Shown here: positions 1 through 12,200 of the stretch, piece after piece
Numbering within the stretch: position 1 is the stretch's first letter
How the letters are laid out: every line of letters begins with the position of its first letter
NCBI GenBank assembly: GCA_051294375.1
Contig: CM119267.1
Coordinates: forward strand, 15,912,105-15,976,104
Length of the DNA stretch: 64,000 bases
Direction of reading: 5' to 3'
From: Paraspadella gotoi
Lineage: Eukaryota > Animalia > Chaetognatha
The notes under the pieces: generated by a model
What the model was told of the DNA's origin: nothing
Database searches by the model: none
The model's input: only the letters and a program-made list of their open reading frames with translations
Translations under genes and position numbers: made by a program

Positions 1-633
1 CACATAAAGAAATTGGAGCAGGCCGGCCCTAACTCTTTCCTCCCACCCGTTAGCCTCGGCCCCGTCCCGGTTAACGAACTAATGAAAGCGGAAAGAGTCA
101 AAACCGGGGACAAACGTAAATTTAGCGACATCGATCCCACCAACAAGGGGCACTTCACTTGCGAAGTTTGCACTTTGGAGTTTAATTCCCGCGTCGTCTT
201 CGAGACTCACATTCAAGGAAAGAAACACGCCCGTATGTTGAAAGTCATAGAAGAGATAAAGTCGGAAAATGTGGAAGTGAGCTGTACCGTTTGCAACTTC
301 ATCGCTACCAGCGACGTGCATCTCAAGGCTCATCTCGAAGGAAAGAATCACAAGAGGAAAATGGAGGCGAGCGGGAAGACGTTGACTGACGACGGGGCCA
401 CTTCGTCGTCGTTCGGACTTCCGAAGGCAAAAAAAGCCAGGGACTCAGTTTGGGATGGATATTACGAAGAAACGGGAGAAACGAACGAAGATGAAGGGGG
501 ATACGAGAATTACGAAGGTTACGAAGGCTACGAAGAAGGCTTTGGAGGTGGTTACGAAGGTGGTTATGAGGGAGGCTATGAGGAAACATACGAGGGTAAC
601 GGCGAAGGCGATAGAGGTTATTATGGCTACTAG
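1..633 (+). CDS. 3' part of a multi-finger C2H2 (matrin/dsRNA-binding type) zinc-finger protein with acidic Gly/Tyr-rich tail; ZNF346/ZNF385/ZMAT-like; 5' end outside window
   Basis: Two fingers, CEVC..HIQGKKH and CTVC..HLEGKNH. The frame is open to base 1 (HIKKL, likely the end of a preceding finger). C-terminal GYEG repeats; stop TAG at 631-633. Confidence 0.8.
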   Translation, partial: HIKKLEQAGPNSFLPPVSLGPVPVNELMKAERVKTGDKRKFSDIDPTNKGHFTCEVCTLEFNSRVVFETHIQGKKHARMLKVIEEIKSENVEVSCTVCNFIATSDVHLKAHLEGKNHKRKMEASGKTLTDDGATSSSFGLPKAKKARDSVWDGYYEETGETNEDEGGYENYEGYEGYEEGFGGGYEGGYEGGYEETYEGNGEGDRGYYGY

Positions 634-1054
634 GCAGGTGATGAATGGAATATATTTTGCAAGGAGCACAATGAAATTCTTGTAAAGTACATACCATCCT
701 TTCCTTGCCTTATTACTGATCACGCCAAGCTACACTTCAACCAGAGAAGCTGCCGATTTTTATTAAACGAGGTACCGCCAGCCGAAATTAAACTCGGTGT
801 AGATGGTTGACGTTCCTCTTTTTTTTTCCCCCTATTTTTTTAAAAATTAATTCAAACTAAGTTATGGGTTACTTTTAGTTTTACTAGTTATTTTAATTGA
901 AAAAACTTTTCAAAATCAAAAATACAAAAATAAAATTTAAAACAAAATTATTTGGTATTATTTATAACTTATGTTTGAATTGATTTTTCAGAAATTTTGC
1001 TTCTTAGTATGAATTTAAAGACTATATTAATTCCGATGCGAGATTGATAAACAG

Positions 1055-1366
1055 TTAAGTCGCAACACTATAAGTATAACTTTTATCTTATTACAAAAAT
1101 TAGTTTATAAGCTAGTAAGATTTTGTAAAATATTTTTTTCTTAATATACGTCATTACTTAATTTCCAGTTTCAAAAGAAAAGTGTTAGTATGATCGAAAG
1201 GGATATTTTATATTTATTAACTACGATTAAATAAATTGATTTCATTTGCTTTTTCACCTGAACATTTCATATTACCTTAGGATTCCGATCAATGGACGGG
1301 GGATGGTAAACTGATAAAACGGAGGATTCTAATCGTGTCTCGTTGATGTCATCTGTTGCGACTTAA
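1055..1366. repeat. possible degenerate TTAA-flanked MITE
   Basis: TTAAGTCGCAACA (1055-1067) and its exact inverse TGTTGCGACTTAA (1354-1366) flank ~290 nt of AT-rich DNA. Confidence 0.3.
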
Positions 1367-1505
1367 AAGCAAATTCCCATGTAATTATCCATTGTTTTTT
1401 CACCTACGTAGCAATCAATATATTCATTATGCATTTTTGATTTCATTAGGGCCCAATTCATAATTGTCACTGTTTCAAATTAAAGCATCTTTCGTTCAGT
1501 TGATA

Positions 1506-3489
1506 ATGACATCTCTTAAAATATTTCGAGGATATCTTTCGCCGAATTACGTTTGCAAAAGGCACTTTTTCCTCAGTTCTGTCAATAGCCAAAACAAGAC
1601 GGAATCGAGCTCGGAATTCGATTCCCGATTCGTCAAAAGCTTGTGGCAACGAAATATACAGCCGCGGCAGAAGGGCTCGGGAAACCTAGAGGCTGAGCCT
1701 GTTTCTAGTGATTCCTTTGGTTCTCTCGCCCAAAAAGACTTCGTCGAGAGAATAGCGAATCTTCAAAGAACTTGGGGTCTCGATGGTATGGCCGACGACG
1801 ATAACGTCACGTCTTCACTCGTCCCGCAAGCGACACCGAAGTCGGATAGGGAAAGCGACAAACCGTCTTTGCTATTCCCTGCCGAGACGCTAAAAACCAA
1901 ATCCAAGGCCAGGTCCCACTTCCGTTTTACTTCCAGGAGGGCGGGAAGAAGAACCGTAGAGTGGTATGAGGAAAAGATCCAATCCTTTGTTGAAAAAGGT
2001 TTAGTAAGGGAGGCACTTCAATTGCAGAAAATCGGAATGGCCAAGGACAAAATAGAACCAACTTACCAAATTTACAGGTGAATTCTAGGAACCGTCGTCG
2101 TTATAAGGGTCAATGTCTCACGGGTTTTTTCAATTTTAGACAATTGATTCGTGGTTGTGGCAACGTTGGCGACATGGAGACCGCTTTTCTTCTGTATGAC
2201 CGCATGAAACGCTGCGGCTTCTCGATTTACGGCCAGATATACGTCTCTCTGTTGAACTCTTGTGCTAATTTTCCTGATGGTTCGGTTGCTGTCGAAAAGG
2301 CCTGTGAATTATGGGCGGAGCTTCAAGCCAACGACTTTGATATTGGAAAAGATCCGGTCGAGGGATCTGGCCTGCAGCGGGTTTTCCATGCCTTTATGAA
2401 GGTCCATATTAGACAAGGATGTCCTGACCAGGCGTTTAAAGTGAGTACTAGCTATAATTATTCATCAGATCAAATTCATTTATAATATCTTGTTTCACTA
2501 TTTCTTAGATTTACTACGAAATGGTCAAGGAACGGGGATTAGAGGCCAATGATTACACATTTTCGCTTCTTCTTTCTGCGGCAACTTCGGATCAAAAGAA
2601 TGGATTTTCCAAGGCTCTTTTGATCTGGCGCTCTTTCGTGGAGGAGCGGAAAATCATTCCCTCGACAATTCATTACCGTCGCCTCCTCTCAGCCGTCGTC
2701 CATTGTAGCACTGAAAACGGTAAAGAAGTTTTACGACTGGCCTCTAATTCTGCTCTCTCTCTTCTCGCGGAAGACGAGACTTCAAAGTCGAGTGCTTTGT
2801 CCGTTGCTAAGAACGACGACGACTCTCAGCAATTCGACTACGCCCTAACCAAAATTGACGAATCAACGTCGTTTTCGACTCCGCTGGAGCGTCTCCGAAT
2901 TTTTGGCGGCGTCGAGGGAATCGTCTCTCTCATGAAGTGTTCCGACGAGAGTCTTCCCGATGAAAATGTTTTTAATCTTCTCCTGAAATGTACTCCGGAT
3001 GATTTTTCCAGCGTGCGGGAATTGACCATGCACATGAACCAGTTAAACGTTCGCCCCGACACCGAATGGTACGACGTCGCCGTCCGCAAGCTCGTTCAGG
3101 TCGGAGATTTGAAAGGAGTCTGGAGGTGCGTTCAGGCTATGAAAGAGCGCAAAGTGCCGCTGTCCTCGTCGACTTTTCGTGAGATCTCGAAAGGTGTCAA
3201 ACGTGTGAACGAATTCGAGGTGTTTCTACGCGAACTGCGAGAGGCTTTCGTCGAACCCGACTTGTCAATTTTCGAGACTCTCATGCTTAACGCCAAAAAG
3301 GATTTCCAGCTGAAGGAGCGCGTGTTTCGATCCATGGTCGAAGAATTTATGTTGGAACCCAACGACAAAATTTTAGCCGATCTTGATCGCAGATGGACGC
3401 GAATCAAGGAAATGAATGAATTTCAGGAACAATTCCGAATAACTTACGAAAATTGGTGGGAGAAAAAAAAGGGGCGAGAAGTCTTTTGA
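1506..3489 (+). CDS. PTCD1: Mitochondrial pentatricopeptide-repeat protein PTCD1; exons 1506-2077, 2140-2440, 2509-3489
   Basis: N-terminus resembles a mitochondrial targeting peptide. WYEEKIQSFVEKGLVREAL..YRQLIRGCGNVG..AFLLYDRMK matches the PTCD1 PPR region. Two GT-AG introns join the ORFs in frame. Confidence 0.85.
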
Positions 3490-3555
3490 CATTAGTAGTT
3501 GATTGTTAATTAATTTATTTGAATCCTTGTTTTAAGGTGAGTATACACCGATACC

Positions 3556-4998
3556 ATGCTGTGGAAAAAACAATTGAGACTCGTGTTAGATAAAATCTCT
3601 GACTTTTCTCCGCCGCTCGATGTGACGTCACGCGCGGACTTTGAAAAATCGTCGGATGCGTTCCATGCCAAAAATACATTTCCAGTATACTCAGTGAGGA
3701 GTGTTAACATAAAAATGACGGAGGAAGAGTTTCTTGCGAACGCTAACAGTTGCTATCCGTTGGTGGCAGAAAAATCACTGTCTTTATTCTGCGCTTTTCT
3801 TTGCCTAAAAAGAAAATTTGGGACCGAGAAAGAACGTAGTTTATATTCTAATATGAATTTGCTACAATTCGTGGATCGCTTGTTGACGAATAGACCATTG
3901 GTTTTTGTCGGCGGCGCCGATGCTTACTTGACGCGAGATACGGCAGTGCGTGGCCGAGGTGGCTTCGAATCGATTGGTTCGGTTGAAGAACGCCCCCCAC
4001 TTATAATTGATGATTATCTAAGCTACGACGAGATCGCGCTAAGCGCTCTTTTGAACGTTTCCGGACCAACGGCGACAATTAATACCGGGGGTCGCCACAA
4101 TAGCGGAGTTCCCGGTGGCAAAGCCTTCGAGCCTCACGCGATTTACGTCGGTCTCGTAGGCGCCAGGTTTGAAAAGAAGGGTGTCATGGAGAGTCGGGCC
4201 ATGATGATCAACCGGAACCAAAATGTCTCATCCTCTGGATATGGAATAAAGGATAGATCATTAGACAATGAAGATCCCCAATCTGTTTTGGATTTGATGG
4301 CCATGGCTTATGATCAGCCTTTCGGGTTTCCTACATACGAGGAAATCTCGTCTCCGACTGCATTCGTTATGGAAAGGGTGACGATGGAAGCCGTAAAACC
4401 TGTTGAATCCTTTCACGGTACCGATTATTTTCACGCGGAGGTCTACAAGAAAAGGATGCGGCTCTCTGTGGAACCTTTTCTCCTAGAGGCGGAGCGCCGC
4501 GGAAAGCTGGCGTCAAAGAAAGTCTATGCCCACGTCGTGGGATTAGGCCTCGGAGTTTGGCGAGTCTACGAGGGTCAGAACGCGCTTTTCGTCGACGTTT
4601 TCGCTGACGTCCTGCGCGACTCGCGCTTTGAATGGATTTCCGATCTTGACTTCAGTTGGATGCGTCACGACTGTTGCGGCGATGCTAAAGATGGCCAAGT
4701 CTTTCCAGGAACACAAATCAAGATCCACTTTTCGAGTCGTGATCCTTTTGCTAAATTGAAGGACTCAGGAAAGCTTATTGTGGCTTCGTGGGCGTGGGAC
4801 GCCAATTCGTACATTGGAAACGAGTTCTGGGAGTCGGCGTTGACGGCCTCTGGGGATCCGGCGGCAGCTTGCTGTTCCCAGATAGCCGAGCTGCTGAATC
4901 CCCGAATAAACCCAAAGATTTCGGGGGCCAATTTGCATGTAGCATCGTCGGCTTTGGGAGTGGTTGATCTTAAAACTTACATGCAACAAATTTTGTGA
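3556..4998 (+). CDS. Intronless MavL/CG2909-like macrodomain protein (putative ADP-ribosyl hydrolase)
   Basis: 480-aa ORF with motifs YLSYDE, GARFE, VGLGLGVW, AWDANSYIGNEFW and SGDPAAAC, recalled from the Drosophila CG2909/CG3568 and Legionella MavL-related family. AATAAA at ~5009. Confidence 0.65.
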   Translation: MLWKKQLRLVLDKISDFSPPLDVTSRADFEKSSDAFHAKNTFPVYSVRSVNIKMTEEEFLANANSCYPLVAEKSLSLFCAFLCLKRKFGTEKERSLYSNMNLLQFVDRLLTNRPLVFVGGADAYLTRDTAVRGRGGFESIGSVEERPPLIIDDYLSYDEIALSALLNVSGPTATINTGGRHNSGVPGGKAFEPHAIYVGLVGARFEKKGVMESRAMMINRNQNVSSSGYGIKDRSLDNEDPQSVLDLMAMAYDQPFGFPTYEEISSPTAFVMERVTMEAVKPVESFHGTDYFHAEVYKKRMRLSVEPFLLEAERRGKLASKKVYAHVVGLGLGVWRVYEGQNALFVDVFADVLRDSRFEWISDLDFSWMRHDCCGDAKDGQVFPGTQIKIHFSSRDPFAKLKDSGKLIVASWAWDANSYIGNEFWESALTASGDPAAACCSQIAELLNPRINPKISGANLHVASSALGVVDLKTYMQQIL

Positions 4999-5094
4999 GA
5001 TGTTTCGCAATAAAGAAATAGTGAGACTGCACCACTAGTCCTAATTAAAACAAGATTTTTACTTGTTTCGAAGTCTTGCGATATGAATATTTGA

Positions 5095-5187
5095 TTTGGG
5101 GAAAAAATGTTTTTAAATGGTTAACAACGAATTTTATTGACATTTTTATTTCGTTTTTAACCATTTAAAAACTGTTTTTTCCCAAAT
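5095..5187. repeat. short AT-rich foldback (inverted repeat)
   Basis: TTTGGGGAAAAAATGTTTTTAAATGGTTAA pairs with TTAACCATTTAAAAACTGTTTTTTCCCAAA. The direct repeat ATGAATATTTGATTT lies at ~5083 and ~5224. Confidence 0.6.
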
Positions 5188-6231
5188 TTCACAAACGCAA
5201 CAAAAAGAAAGAAATATAACACAATGAATATTTGATTTAAAATACGTGAAATAGAATGATGCTTTTTTTACAAGCAATCTTTACGAAATTTAATCTGCCA
5301 AAAGTTATTTATTTTAGATTTGAATTTGGTACCACCGATATATGCAATATGCATGTTTTAAAGAATGAAATTGTGTTTATTCATGTTTAGTACGTATTCT
5401 CGTTTCCTGACTAGTCAATATCCTATATATTGTTGCTTTTCTTATTCTCATTTTTTTAATCAAAATATTTGTCATTCGTCAACTGATATCGGAAGGAAAG
5501 TCACCTGAAAGCTTTTGCTCTGAATGATTTTCTGCAATCTGCAGCCCAAAAAAATCTCTTTTTCTCCTCTCTCTTTTTATTTTTAGTTGCGCGAGAGTAA
5601 TCGGTCGGTCAGTCGGGCCCATTTATATTTAAAGTACATGTAATTTAAGTAATACTGCAACAATTAAATTTATGTTTTAAAAACGTAAGGCATTTTAAAT
5701 GTGCATCTGTATCATTCTTATGCAGTCACGTGATTACTTGAAAAATTAATATAGTTTACTTTTAAAAATACTCAAGTATTTTAATTAAGATATAGCATAT
5801 TGATAAAGTATTAATAAACACTCTTGTGTATGTTTTATATTTTTATTATTATATATTTATATAAGATTTAGGGTAGTTTAAAAAGTAAATGCAGCATATT
5901 TTATGTAATATTTTGTTGTTTTGCTTAATACTTATCAGAGAAGTAGTCAATCATAAGATGTTTGTTTCTTGTGTTTTATACTTGTGTAGTCACTTAAGTA
6001 ATCGGTAATTGGTCGTTGAACTTGCGGATTGTTTTTATTATTTTCATTTTGGACTCTGGAATCTGGACTCTGAAAATCATTGACGAAAAAACAAAAATGA
6101 ACTGTGCCTTATACTAAACTAATTTTTGAATAGAATCTTTTGTCCAGTTTTATTTACTTATTGATAAATTCATTCCACATCTTTTTTTTTTCTAGTTAAC
6201 CTAAATGACCCCCGTCACTTAAGATTCCGTC

Positions 6232-9200
6232 ATGGCAGAGGCGGTTATGGTTCGAAAGAAAAAACCCAAAGCGAGAGAAAGAGATAAACGTAAGCCCGCA
6301 CCGTCCGTGTCGGAGGCTCTCTCGCCGTCTCAAGAAGAGGATGAAAAGATTGCATCAATCGTGGATGACCCCCGAATCAACGAGGGCGCTATCCCACAAG
6401 TTCCGACGCTCCTGGGAGAGTTGGATGATGTGGAAAAAGAAAACTTTGCGGAACTAAAAACTGGTGAAAGTGACGAGTTCATTTCGGCATCGGAAATGCC
6501 TCCCGATTTGTCAGATAACAGGATTGTATATCCCCTGGCTGAGAGCGGAGAATCCCCCCTCGTTCCTTCTGTTCGGCCTCTTTACCCAAAACTGACTGAG
6601 GAATCGAGCGAGTCTCCTGCGATGGAGGAGATGGATTATCGCAACTACGTTCTGAGCCGGAGTCGCCCAAGCGACAGCGATGACTCCGTATCTCGGGAGA
6701 AGGAGAACGCCGCCCGCGTGGCGAAACCCCCACCGGTTGGAGTCGAGGAGAACGTCTTTGAGAAGGCCTTTTCCGACGCCGTTGAAGCGCAGATGCGGGC
6801 CACCGTGACTATGTCGCTGGGAGATGCGAATCGAAGTTCGTCGAGAGAGATTGGGGAAATCGATCTTACGCGTTTAACGGCGCTCAAGGATTCGTTGCCT
6901 GATCCCACTCTTGAAGTTGCCTTTCTCTCCCCTTCGGCGCCGCCCATCGTCGCGGATCCGACGGCGCCCGTGATGGCGTCTCAGGTGACGCCTGGAACTC
7001 TGGTGTTGCCCGAAGGGTCTGTGGAAAAAATTCCTCGTCAACAATTTAACGAGATGATATCGGTGGATTCTTTGGAATCGTCAACGGAGGAGGTAGACTC
7101 CGAAAGCGAGGAAGTCATTCCCGAATCGAGAGGGGAAACCGAGGATCCATTGCCTTTGAATCAGTTAAAAGCATTGTGGCAAAATCCGCTAGCTCAAAAA
7201 CACCAACGAATTTTGGAAGGTTTTTTCGCCGAAGTTCCACCCTGTCTGATCTCTCAACATCCCCTTTATGAGCTCCTCGTCGAGTATCAGAGGTCTCGAG
7301 CGAAACTCATGGCGCTTGAGGAACATCTGCAACAACTGAAAAGAGACGTTGATTCACTGTTGCCGGGGCTGTGGACCTCCAGCGCACAAACTACCGTCGT
7401 CGAAGGCGTTTGTCGCGACAATAACAAAGTAACGCAACAATTGACTTACGAGCAAGCAGCCCTCAACGAAGACCAAGTGCCGAAAATTTGCCAATCGCTG
7501 TCCACCATGAGGCTTTTTGCGCAAGAGCAGCTCAGTCATGTCGCATTCGTCTGCGCTCAAAATCGTTTAAAAATCGCAGTTTATTTATACAAACTATATA
7601 CTGAAATTTGTCCTGCCTTGCAAAACATTCCGATGGGAGCAACGGTGACAATGGGAGATGGCTCAGAAAGAGACGCTTCGACGCAGCAGCAAGTCAAGAT
7701 GTTAAAGCAGTGTATTAATGTGCTGTTCTCCTTTCAGAGAAAGCTTTTGTCGGACACCATTTTCCAGGTAATTTTAGTGATCTTATGAAAGTTGCAAAAT
7801 TATTTGTTCTATCTTTTTTTTTTTATTTTATATTTTTAGATATAAAATTTTATAGTCATTTAAATTTTTTTTTTTTTAATAAAAAACCGAAGTAAAAATG
7901 TAGAATAAGGAACGAAACACCCTAATAAGTAATATTATAGAAACGTTGAATGGGATGATATTTCATAGTAAAAATGTAAGAAAAATATTTAAATTGTTTT
8001 CCCTATTAACTATGGATTTTTCGTACAGAACGACACTCGAGAGTGGCTAACACGTCTTGTGGCAACTATGTTGCGTCTAGCAACCTACAGCGATCACGCC
8101 TACCTCCTCCACCACCTTCTGCGCTGTCCCCCTGGCGTCGGAAAATGGGCATCTTCCTTCCTGCAAATCCCGCGACAAAAGATTTCTCCTAAAGACTCCA
8201 GTGGTTTCCAGGAAAAGAAATACCGCGTCATGGCCATTTTACGCATTCTTCTACAAACCATCGATAATAGAGAAGATTTTCTGACAGAGATGCAGGAGGT
8301 GCTTCAATGCGAAGAAGGGAGGGCAGCTTCGTCTTCCCCGAAAGACACGACGCCTTGGGTCTTTCTTGATCCTGTTGGCGACGAGGACGTCGATGACCCT
8401 GCCAGCTCGTGGCATTTTCTTAAAGAGACGGACTTAATTGCGTTACTAGATCAAATCCCCCTTGATGTTTTGTATGACGATTCCGACCTCTTTTCACCAG
8501 CGGTCAATGCATCTGATGAATTTCCACCGAGGACAGGACGTCTGCAGCAATCTTTATCTGCGCCGGCGGCGGTCGTTTCTTCAGCCGCAGCCTCTCGAAA
8601 ATCGATTGACTTAATTTTTGACGAGACGTTGACGAGTTTCTCATTCGCTACACATCTGGTGGATTTGCTCTGCACGGGTTTAGAAAATTATAGATCTGCT
8701 CGTTATCGTCTTTTTGCTCAACGTTTGGCCGTTCTTGTGTGTAAAACTATTGATTGGGCCGGCCACCGAGCTTCGGCTTGGGCTTGCCCGCGTTTGAACA
8801 AAATTGTGGAAATTTCTGGGAAGGACCCAAAACTCAGAAAAGAAGCCGAAAGAGCTCTACATAAAGTTAGAGTAGAATTTGATGCCTTCTTTCATCGTAG
8901 TGTAACTTTATTGGTCAATGCGCAAAAACTTGGAGCTTGGATGTTTATCGCAGATTTGGCGTTCAGCAGTGTTTCTCCTGCCATGGCCCGAAAATTAATG
9001 CGGATGCTGTCGGTTGTGGATGACCATATTTTAGACGAGAAAAACTGTAGCGAGGATTCGGATACGAAAAAACTGGAATGTAAGTTGGTTGATTTACCAA
9101 TGGCCGATGTAACTCATTTGTTAACGACGATGGCCAAGTTAGCTTGTGCTCGTCCTATTGAGGAACTACAAATAATAAAAGATATAGTTGCTGAAATATT

Positions 9201-12200
9201 TCGCGCGTCTTTCGTTTCTCCCTCGACTCGTGAGTTTTGTTCTAAATTGGGTCAACAACTGCTCTCGTTAATCTGCAACACTCATCCTCACATACTTTCT
9301 TTTATTTTACAACATAAAATTGGCGCTTTAGTCATCGAAAGCGAAGGCAGCAATCATCTCGATGAGGTAGCCTTACCTTTGTTTAAGTCACTCCCAGTTT
9401 CCATATGGAAGCCTACCGAGAAAGATTTGCAAGTTTTGCGGCAGTGGTTGCTCGATTCAAAAAATATTTCATCGATTGAAAATCAAGTTGCTAGAAACAT
9501 TTTATGTAGAATTGACTGGTCAAGGAAAGATTTTGATGGATCAGTGACAGCGCATTACCTACTAGTTAAAACAGTTGCTACCCTTTTAGTCGAAGGATAT
9601 GAAAAACATTGCGGCTCTTTATCGTCCGATGGTCGTTATTGGATATCATCCGCTACCGCAAACGTATTATCTATGGGTTACAAACAGGTTACAAACTTCA
9701 CGAATGCAGTTTTAAATGTACCTCCTGAATTGAATCCAGAAAAAGAGATGACGTTGTGGGCTTGGGACTTACTGATGCGACTCGATCTTCACACTAATAC
9801 TGTTCTTGCTATTTACCCTCCTTTACCAGTTCCTAAGGACTATTGTCAAAATAATCTTTCGTTAGATAATTCAAACTGGATTACCAAGCATGTAATATCT
9901 CCATCTAAACTAGACGAGGATCTGGACTTATACCCTGTTCAACAAGCTATCAAAAATAATCATTCCGCATTGGCTTCTTTCGTAGCTATTTTGTTAACCC
10001 AAATAGGACAAAATCCTGAACATTTTGTATCTGAAGGAGGAGTTCAAATGTTTTTGTCTATTGTTAATTACGGGCAATATGAGGCAGCAGTTAACATTCT
10101 AAACCATATTTTACCCTTGTTTTTTGTTCAGTCTTCCACTTGTCTCGAATACCTAGCTGAAAATTCAGAATTTTCCTTGGGTATATGTCAAATAATTAAC
10201 TCCGAATTGGTTAAAAACGCCAATTGCATTCAATCAAAAGTTGTGGCTTTAATCATTAGCCAACTTAAGGAGGCTAGTAAAATTTCAAGCACCGCTCAAC
10301 TGACTCCCGTTGATACCTCGGATGCTTATTTTTCTCTTCCTTCCTCGTTTGGAAAACCTCGTCCAACTTTAGTCTATGAGTTTTGGATTAGGTCATTAAC
10401 TGCCTCTCCAGATTGGTATACTTTACCTGGCTCCTTATTTGTGATAGAAAAGCTTATTCTTTATGCTTATCAGGCTTCATCTGAATGCGCGGAATATTTT
10501 CAGCTCGTCAACAAAGTTTTTCAGGAACGTTTTACTTCAACTCTTGGTAATGACCGTGTTGAACAAAAAGGGTTGCTGTATTCCGTGGTCGCTTGGATGT
10601 CTTCTTCCTCCGAAATGCTTCCGACATTATTAGACACGGCAGTCCATCAATTCCCAGCTGTTGCCTTACATATTTTAACGGTGGAGACAAACTATGAAGA
10701 AGAAATTGGACTTTGGGCTGGATTACAAAGAGAATTGCTTCTTAACCCAAAAATGGCTCCAGCAGCAGCATTTAAAACGACTTTGCAATCGCTCAGCCTT
10801 CCAGATCTGCCATTGAACCGACTAAGTATTTTTCGGTGGTCATTGCAAATTCTTGAGACACTAGTAAGCCATCCTCTTATGCCCCTGCTTTGGCAAAGAT
10901 TCTTTGCAGTTTTTCTCCGGAAACCTCTGACCCAGGATGGATTTCCGTACCGCGGTAGCATTGGCGATATTTTGCTTAATAACGGACCGGAGAATGATAA
11001 GTTGACAAAATCGCTAAAAAAACAAGCAAAAAAGTGTTGCGACTATTATTATGAATTATTAAGACAATTTAGAGCTGTGAATAGCCCATCGAAAACTCGT
11101 GTGACTGACTTGAAAATTTGTCATCATACTGAATTAATTAACAGACTTATTAATTTTTTTAAAAGTTGTGAAGTTTGGCTGGACGAACCTCGGCTTCATG
11201 ACAGTCAAGTATACTTGCCAACATTGCCGGATGTCTATGATTCTCCAAGACTTCTTAAGCTTTTTAATGCGAACGATAAGGAAATCTGGCTGGAACTTGT
11301 TGACTGTAATTGTATATCCTTTAGTTTAGATGAGACACGGCGTATTTGGTACAATGAATTTTTGGCTTTTAAGATCTCTTCTATCTATAGTCAAGGCAGT
11401 GATAGTTCTGAAATGGCAGCGTCAGAGGTCTCTGTATCGGGATTATCTGTTTGGCAGCCTAATACAAATATGAGTAAAAATTGGACACGAACATCGCGAC
11501 CACCTCCTGAACTGATAATTGTAGAGCCACCATTCCCACCTCTCGCTCCTAAAGCAACTGTTGACAAACAAATTATTCTGGCAACACTACGGTCTGATTT
11601 TTCCTCACTTGTTGGCCATTGCCGAGCTTTTTCAGGTCAAATAAGTCGGGCCCATGATTTGGATGAAGAATATGCAGAACTTCTGTCTAGACAATTCATT
11701 AATGAGCCCACTCCCGTCAAGGTTCATCTTTCTTGCAAAAGTCTTTTTAATCCAACTCATCGATGTAAAGGAATTAATACCAAAACTGTTATTATAGAAG
11801 AAAAAAAACAGAATGTTAATATATCTCGCCAGATATCTGACAATCGTTTAGAAATTTCTGAGTTAATACCAATTTTTCCAAACGCACCATTATCTAAGAG
11901 TGCTTTCACAGCGCCCCCCAATTATTTAATAATCTCTACTGCAAGAGTAGAATATGCTATAGAGGCAGTTATTCAGGAGCACAGAATGAAAAATAATGAC
12001 AAATCACAGGCCGTCGGTGCAGCACTTTTTTATTACATGATGAAACTTGTTTCACCGGACAGCACTGAAAAATATATTCCAATGCGTCAATTTTTTTCTA
12101 CGAGCTTAGAACAACTTGGTCAAATTTTTATTTTACCTATAACTAAGGAATGTCAGTCTTTAGTAACCTCAATTTTAAATTTACCTCATATGGCAGGTAT

